From the IMG/VR virus record IMGVR_UViG_2609460059_000007: DNA of 21,966 nt; one strand, written 5' to 3'. This DNA comes from a virus. Lineage: Duplodnaviria; Heunggongvirae; Uroviricota; Caudoviricetes. Below the pieces are notes generated by a model, which was not told the origin of the DNA, did no database searches, and saw only the letters and a program-made list of their open reading frames with translations. The position numbers and the translations under genes were made by a program. This document shows positions 18,401 to 21,966 of the stretch, in pieces (positions within the stretch are counted from its first letter, which is position 1; each line of letters starts with the position of its first letter).

Positions 18401-20374
18401 GGTCAGACTGCCGCCATCTTTAGCAAAAACCCCCACAGCCCCCGTACCGGCAAGACTGATTTTTCCGGATACATTAACATTGCTTCCGGCACCTTCCACC
18501 CAGGCACCATAGTTACGGAAACCACTACTGATACCCTTGCCGCCAACATTTATCGTACCGTCAGAATTCAACTGTCCTGCATTGATTACCTGTAGCCCGG
18601 TGCTGTTCAGACCATTAACATTGATAATCCCGGAGTTTTTCATCCCGGAGCTATTATTTGCCAGCATGCCAACATTCAGTGCAGGTGCATCACTGTCATG
18701 ACCGTCAATAGTGATAGTCCCTTTATTTACCACATCAACAGTCCCGGCATCCTTTGCCAGGATTCCGTAGTTCCCCTGAGCCCCCCTGCCCAAAAAAATA
18801 GTACCTTCATTAACGACTTTGTTTGCACCATTTTGTACTTCAATCGCAACAGAACCCACAGCCGAATGAGTCGCAGTTTTATCCTCCGCAATACCTACAT
18901 TGATGCTCCCGAAGGCCGAGTTAATAAAAGAGCCTCCAGCTCCAACATTTACACCTCGTGTTTTGCCATTATTATCATTAGTTGATGCATCGGCAGTAAT
19001 ATTTATTGTGCCTTTATTTGTTGCCATGCCCCCATTACTAACAACAATTGCGGTGTTAATCCCCTCTGGAGCGAAAGCATTTTTAAATGGGCGAATATTA
19101 ATAACACCATTATTAATGGCTGAAGAACCATTACTACCGGCAACCATCCCCTCTGCCTGGAGAGCATATTTATCATTATTATCCCAAACAAAAAGTGTAC
19201 CATCGTTAACAATGGTACTGTCTTGATAGGCAATCATTTCAGTACCAATGGCATCAATGACCCCTTCATTAACACCGGTCCCACCATTAGTTGCAACGAT
19301 CCCTCCTCCATTCCCATAGGCAGGAAGAACTCCAGTTAATTTACCCGTTTTACCTAATATTGCTCGTGCGTTATTGGTTGCATGGAGAACAGCAAGCAGC
19401 CCTACATTTTCTTTGTAAGGAGTTGAGTCTATACGTCCCCCAGCGGTCATATCCACATTGTAATTATGCTTGGTGACAATAAGGGCCTTATTAAATTCAG
19501 CATCATACTGCTTATAAGAAAGCGTTTTGTCCTCTAGTGACTTTATCAAATATTGATTATATTGCTTTAAATCATCAAGAGAGTTAATATGGTGTACTTT
19601 TCCCGCCCAATCAGTAATTGTTCCAGCATATTTCATTGAGTCAATGATTTTTTGAGTAACGCCGCCCCCCTGCATGGTTGCACCAGGCTGAAAATAAAAA
19701 TCATTGACCGAGTTCCATACAACAGAGGAACCTTCTCCATCAGCTACAGCAAGCTGTGTATTTTTAAAAAAATTACCGATTGCTGGTGAACCCACATCCA
19801 AAATAGCTGTACCGCCATTATTGGCTGTTACAAAACGTGTCGCATTGAAAAAATCCGCAGTGCCACTAAAACCAGGAATGGTTTCATTTCCCCCAGTCCC
19901 CGCATCGCGTTGTGAGAAAGAGTCAGTATCAAACACTTGAAGTGTTTGAGAAGCGCCAGTAACCTCATCCTTCACTGTAATGGTTTTTGTTTTTTCTCCG
20001 GTATTGACGTAAATCAATCCGGATAAATTATCTCCAGTGGTGTAGCCATTTAAAATTGCCTGTTCTACAGTCATCCAGATAAGACCTGACCCACCAGACT
20101 GGACGACATTTGGACCAGTGATGTATTCGGTTTTACCACTTACTGTTGCAGCCCCAACACCCGAGTTATTCGTACCCGGACGCCAGTCTGGTGACAATAT
20201 GACATCTGCCATTGCGTTATTGCAATTAATTGCAATAGCGCCCCCCAGAACCATTGCTGATAAAGCAATTCCTAAGCGAGTTGATTTACATTTTTTTCTA
20301 CAACTCGTCAATTCTGAAACAACATCCCATTTTTGGGTTGTATGGTTCCAAATGACTTTATATACTTTATTCAT
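12431..20374 (-). CDS. Giant type Va autotransporter adhesin (2647 aa) with extended signal peptide region, repetitive beta-helical passenger, (PQ)11 linker and C-terminal beta-barrel
   Basis: N-terminus MNKVYKVIWNHTTQKWDVVSEL is an ESPR-type extended signal; passenger is G/T/N/S-rich with recurring autotransporter beta-strand repeats (NNYTGDTLVRSGTLQ, LTYTGDTTVESGVLIVG); C-terminus ends ...LGIKYIF with aromatic terminal residue typical of autotransporter barrels. Resembles the UpaE/HyxA-type locus of ExPEC by architecture only. Confidence 0.9.
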   Translation of the reverse strand: MNKVYKVIWNHTTQKWDVVSELTSCRKKCKSTRLGIALSAMVLGGAIAINCNNAMADVILSPDWRPGTNNSGVGAATVSGKTEYITGPNVVQSGGSGLIWMTVEQAILNGYTTGDNLSGLIYVNTGEKTKTITVKDEVTGASQTLQVFDTDSFSQRDAGTGGNETIPGFSGTADFFNATRFVTANNGGTAILDVGSPAIGNFFKNTQLAVADGEGSSVVWNSVNDFYFQPGATMQGGGVTQKIIDSMKYAGTITDWAGKVHHINSLDDLKQYNQYLIKSLEDKTLSYKQYDAEFNKALIVTKHNYNVDMTAGGRIDSTPYKENVGLLAVLHATNNARAILGKTGKLTGVLPAYGNGGGIVATNGGTGVNEGVIDAIGTEMIAYQDSTIVNDGTLFVWDNNDKYALQAEGMVAGSNGSSAINNGVINIRPFKNAFAPEGINTAIVVSNGGMATNKGTINITADASTNDNNGKTRGVNVGAGGSFINSAFGSINVGIAEDKTATHSAVGSVAIEVQNGANKVVNEGTIFLGRGAQGNYGILAKDAGTVDVVNKGTITIDGHDSDAPALNVGMLANNSSGMKNSGIINVNGLNSTGLQVINAGQLNSDGTINVGGKGISSGFRNYGAWVEGAGSNVNVSGKISLAGTGAVGVFAKDGGSLTLSGNGAVLFGSSDQIGFYVYGKDSAIHNTGSGVMDVSTENSTLFRIASGATFQGTADASSALTASGKNSYALIATGKSDGGVASTVTSGGMTINLTGEGATATLIEGGAQGTIESNAIINMDNASAIAGIADGNGYDISGKLINPKDKTTLLTAGAQLSSTQDKVTGYIARNGATLNNTGNIIFTGKNTVGVRVEEGAVGTNSGNITVQDGGVGLIANATQDVTTINNSGNLVLKGGDNANRTTGIKASGTTTTVNMTAGTISLQGQGAIGVEASNKGTVNLDGSAVPNFAADGSGITDQIAFRIIGDGATIKTNIAPGTLLDASGERSVLFRIEDGAKQAGSLLMKTSGTGSRGIWATGKGSNVLADAGSDFQILGAQAQGLYVTGGATATLKQGASVNLVGDGAVVAEVDGNEYALDGSITQTNTGSVITNEADISSPLNNAKGFITRNQGLLINNGNIDFTTGTDNIGVWVDNGRFENTGSRIAVNGVALFVEGAQSQITSTGGDIVAVDGEAAIKLGAGASLNLAGSGLGTIEGQKNAHGILLDTGAVGLVIDGAKINVNAAGAVGHGIENRAEIEGIQLTNTTEINVADGIGVRTSASLAKTNSGTINVDGSGIALAFQKADGSETDNNLDMSDSAGLVINLKGTDGTGIFANTKDGAVVKSGASVNVIQADGGSALVVNNAASEVVQSGNLISASLSHAVVDASKAQSFTNKGQIKAASTTGTAMAFDDAVNTTVLNDSGAEIQGVVALNGGDNTFTNKGSITGTVSAKEGNNTFLFDDGSTLTGEVTAGNGNNNVTLNGKTHVDQVTAGTGKNTFTIKGEGATWNLLDGGQGDSDSLIFDNAIHTLDSVVKLQNFEHVGLKNSSLVTLKEALVLTDGGNGPGSVDIESGSELAIIPAVAGNFTFDPLLTGKGTLSARLDADTSAFEFSHNVGDQFAGTLKLGTSSFALEGLNTSGLTHAMLMSETGNITTVGSGVQQIGGLGFNGGTLIFGSVMPGDTIASNSIETSAAGTLDIRGKGTIQVTMPDEVINDIPAVDTRKNLLEQDDAQTLVTLVNAAGTVTGTGGQLQLVDENGQAISHSQTFDVTQGGEVVAQGNYDYKLLGSSDGIKGDGLYIGYGLKSLDLQGTGDKALVLTPRANAQGLQTDLGAQLTGAGDLAIEAAGQVVTLSNGGNNYTGDTLVRSGTLQMANDNVLGATGNLNVASNAVFRTNGYSQTVGALQTETGAHIQLDSGSVLTVSGTQRQPGDDNGGIIENNVLSGEGTLAVTGSNLTVHGTNIGFTGNASLTQGALVEMNGAQGLGSQGSISFESLNDRLAIDIADGSGVSSNLSKSLSGEGSVGILNTTDLTLSGDNSNFSGEFRVQKDAALRASDEKHLGTGLIDSDGVTWLTASGNWLLKNDITGSGALVKQGAGNLIINHELTYTGDTTVESGVLIVGDDSVTRAAGATLSGSKNIHVLNGGTLSGLGTVSGQVNNQGTLASLNALSGYETAEVGNFTVGSLTNTGVIRLAGGKTGNTLTVNGDYTGGGTLIINTVLGDDTSTTDKLIVTGNTSGDTGVVVNNVRGQGAQTADGIEIVHVGGQSDGNFRLQNRAVAGAWEYFLHKGNAGGTDGNWYLRSELPPEPQPQPQPQPQPQPQPQPQPQPQPHPTPDKPVQKVYRPEAGSYIANIAAANTLFNIRMHDREGETYYTDVFTGEKKATSMWMRHIGGHNRWKDSSSQLNTQSNRYVVQLGGSIAQWTDGQDRLQLGIMAGYGNEKSSTTSSLSGYKSKGAINGYSTGLYGTWQQNDGNDNGAYVDTWIQYGWFNNTVNGEKLAAESWKSRGFTGSVEAGYTFKAGEFTGSQGSHYDWYIQPQSQITWMNVRASEHTEKNGTKVQLSGDGNIQSRLGVRTYLKGKSASDDNKAHQFEPFVEVNWIHNTRSWGVKMDNTALSQDGATNIAEVKTGVQGKLSDNLNVWGNVGVQAGDKGYSDAQAMLGIKYIF
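13445..13510 (-). repeat. Eleven tandem hexanucleotide units (CTGCGG/TTGTGG/CTGTGG on plus strand) encoding (PQ)11 in the autotransporter linker
   Basis: Read directly: 11 consecutive 6-bp units at 13445-13510; in-frame, so copy-number change would alter linker length without frameshift. Confidence 0.9.
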
Positions 20375-20398
20375 AACACTAATACTCTTGAACGCACA

Positions 20399-21019
20399 TT
20401 ATAATTGAATATTTTCACTAATAAGGGAACACGGAATATTTATAAATTGATGTAAACGTTTTACCCCGAGTTTATCCATAGCTCTACGACGATGCGTCCA
20501 CACAGTCTTACTGGATATACCCAAGGTGTTCGAGATCCATGCAATATCTTTTCCTTCCTTGGTATATATAAAGATACTTTTCTCCCTCGGGGATAATTGT
20601 CGTTCTAAAAAAGAAACTTTATGATTCGCGCGAATATTTTTTTTGCACCTCCAGCCATTGATAAATTTATCTATATAGAAACAAAATTGCTCTGCTGTTA
20701 ATTTCCACGGTATGAAAGGTATGCCTTTATTACTAACTACACCATTATCCCCCCATGCCAGGCACGGAATATTGACAGGCTGGCTTTTTAGCCATTGGTG
20801 AATGAAATACAGTGAGCGTATACAGGTAGTAGAATCATTATCAGGGAATACAGGTAACAACAACGATTGCTCATCCCGAAAGCAAGATGTGCCAAAATCA
20901 CGAATCAGAGAAGAATAGTCGTCCACAGCGATGACTTTCACGTACGAAAAACCCCGCCAACGCATACTCTTAATTGCTTGAATTATAAAAGTATTTTTTG
21001 TAGTCGTAATCAAAACCAT
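20399..21019 (-). CDS. LuxR/GerE-family helix-turn-helix transcriptional regulator
   Basis: 206-aa ORF; C-terminal LSPREKSIFIYTKEGKDIAWISNTLGISSKTVWTHRRRAMDKLGV is a LuxR-type HTH; sits 24 bp upstream of the autotransporter start, so likely co-transcribed. Position and type resemble ipuR/hyxR (from memory). Confidence 0.8.
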   Translation of the reverse strand: MVLITTTKNTFIIQAIKSMRWRGFSYVKVIAVDDYSSLIRDFGTSCFRDEQSLLLPVFPDNDSTTCIRSLYFIHQWLKSQPVNIPCLAWGDNGVVSNKGIPFIPWKLTAEQFCFYIDKFINGWRCKKNIRANHKVSFLERQLSPREKSIFIYTKEGKDIAWISNTLGISSKTVWTHRRRAMDKLGVKRLHQFINIPCSLISENIQL

Positions 21020-21112
21020 GCAATCAATTTCCTGTTATCCCCTTTCCCAATTTCCTTTTGCTTTGCACACCGGGGGGAGACAAACCTTGAGGCACAGGTT
21101 TACAAAATGACC

Positions 21113-21387
21113 CATTTTGACAACATCAATTTAATTAACTACAAATAGCACAAAACGCAGGTAAAAAACCTGCGTATTTATTTTAATTCAGAATATAATT
21201 TTGATTGTTATTTACATTTTGGCTTTATACGCCAGAGATTAAAAAGAAGACAAACCTACCTCTTTATGTGTAGATTGACGCCGCACATTGATCTAAATCA
21301 GTAAATTTAATGTTTTTTATAGAAAAAAATGTTTTTCTATACGAGAATTTCTAAACAAAGATTGGGTTTACATTTTGGGTCAAAATG
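21113..21387. promoter_or_regulatory. Candidate invertible phase-variation switch flanked by 9-bp inverted repeats CATTTTGAC / GTCAAAATG
   Basis: CATTTTGAC at 21113-21121 and its reverse complement GTCAAAATG at 21379-21387, 257 bp apart; both embedded in local palindromes (CAAAATG-ACC-CATTTTG and CATTTTG-GGT-CAAAATG) each preceded by GGTTTAC; right repeat lies inside the last 14 codons of the recombinase gene. Confidence 0.45.
21155..21182. terminator. Hairpin with flanking T/A runs inside the putative switch (possible bidirectional terminator)
   Basis: Stem ACGCAGGT (21155-21162) / ACCTGCGT (21167-21174), 4-nt A loop, followed by ATTTATTTT on the plus strand and preceded by an A-rich run (T-rich on the minus strand). 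Confidence 0.5.
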
Positions 21388-21966
21388 TTGCTTTTTTGCG
21401 TCACCTATCCCCCACATTTTTTCAAATCTCATTGAATTAGAAGCAGTATAAATTACCGTATGCCTGATATTACGATGCCCGAGATAGTCCTGAATAAGAC
21501 GGGTATCCACACCATTATCTGCTAGTGAATAACCACATGCATGGCGTAACATATGTGGATGAACTTTAATATTTAAACCTGCATTTTTACCCGCAGCAGA
21601 AACTATGTTATAAAATCGTTGTCTCGATAATGGTTTTCCTGTTCGGGAAACAAATAACCACGGGTTATCATTGAAATGTTTAACATTTAATGAATTCCTT
21701 TCATTCAGCCAGTTTGTTATTGCAATCACCTCTTCCTTTTGAAGTGGATGGACTGTACTGAATCCATTTTTTATCCGTTGAATATATATTTTTTCTGTAG
21801 TTAGTTCTAAATCCGACAACTGCAGAGATAAGAGCTCACTAACACGCAGACCATGAAAATAAGCCAATAAAATCATGCAAACATCGCGTGAAGAGCAACT
21901 CTTTTGTTTTACAGATTGAAGTAGTAAATTAATTTCATGATGCGTTAAAAATTTTCTGTTTTGCAT
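21337..21966 (-). CDS. FimB/FimE-family tyrosine recombinase (DNA invertase)
   Basis: 209-aa ORF; FLTHHEINLLL...HGLRVSEL...HPHMLRHACGYSLADNGVDTRLIQDYLGHRNIRHTVIYT closely parallels FimB as I recall it; start codon is the last three bases of the window (reverse complement). Resembles orphan fim-like recombinases IpuA/FimX. Confidence 0.85.
   Translation of the reverse strand: MQNRKFLTHHEINLLLQSVKQKSCSSRDVCMILLAYFHGLRVSELLSLQLSDLELTTEKIYIQRIKNGFSTVHPLQKEEVIAITNWLNERNSLNVKHFNDNPWLFVSRTGKPLSRQRFYNIVSAAGKNAGLNIKVHPHMLRHACGYSLADNGVDTRLIQDYLGHRNIRHTVIYTASNSMRFEKMWGIGDAKKQHFDPKCKPNLCLEILV

Noticed and set aside
14130-19940. Numerous 60-180-aa plus-strand ORFs across the autotransporter region
   Set aside because: Antisense to a continuous 2647-aa ORF with typical autotransporter start and end; translations are Pro/Ser-rich low complexity.
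20118-21148. Plus-strand ORFs 20118-20408 and 20867-21148 overlapping the autotransporter start and the LuxR-type gene
   Set aside because: Antisense to better-supported minus-strand genes; no start signals; AT-rich low-complexity translations.

Overview
The window holds two modules. (1) Positions 1 to about 11415 look like a complete integrated P4-like phage satellite: a P4-type integrase at the window start, an AT-rich orphan gene, alpA, an Arc-like repressor facing an Icd-like/epsilon-like/alpha primase operon, an iteron cluster after the primase, a sid-psu-ogr/delta late module, a candidate cos region, an AT-rich cargo slot, and a 23-bp tRNA 3-prime-end fragment that I read as attR (tRNA-Arg, argW-like, from memory). 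The cargo slot between cos and attR is where P4-like satellites are known to carry antiphage systems. Here it holds two tandem, paralogous, membrane-anchored coiled-coil proteins (9214-10783) that I cannot assign to any known family; this is my top candidate for an undescribed defense or exclusion system. (2) Downstream, all on the minus strand, are a FimB/FimE-family recombinase, a LuxR-type regulator, a 2647-aa type Va autotransporter and a Skp/OmpH-like chaperone. The recombinase-regulator intergenic region carries 9-bp inverted repeats 257 bp apart, consistent with a phase-variable invertible switch; from memory the layout resembles the ipuA-ipuS-ipuR-upaE / fimX-hyxR loci of extraintestinal E. 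coli. All calls come from reading the sequence and ORF translations; no searches were run, and family assignments are from recalled motifs.
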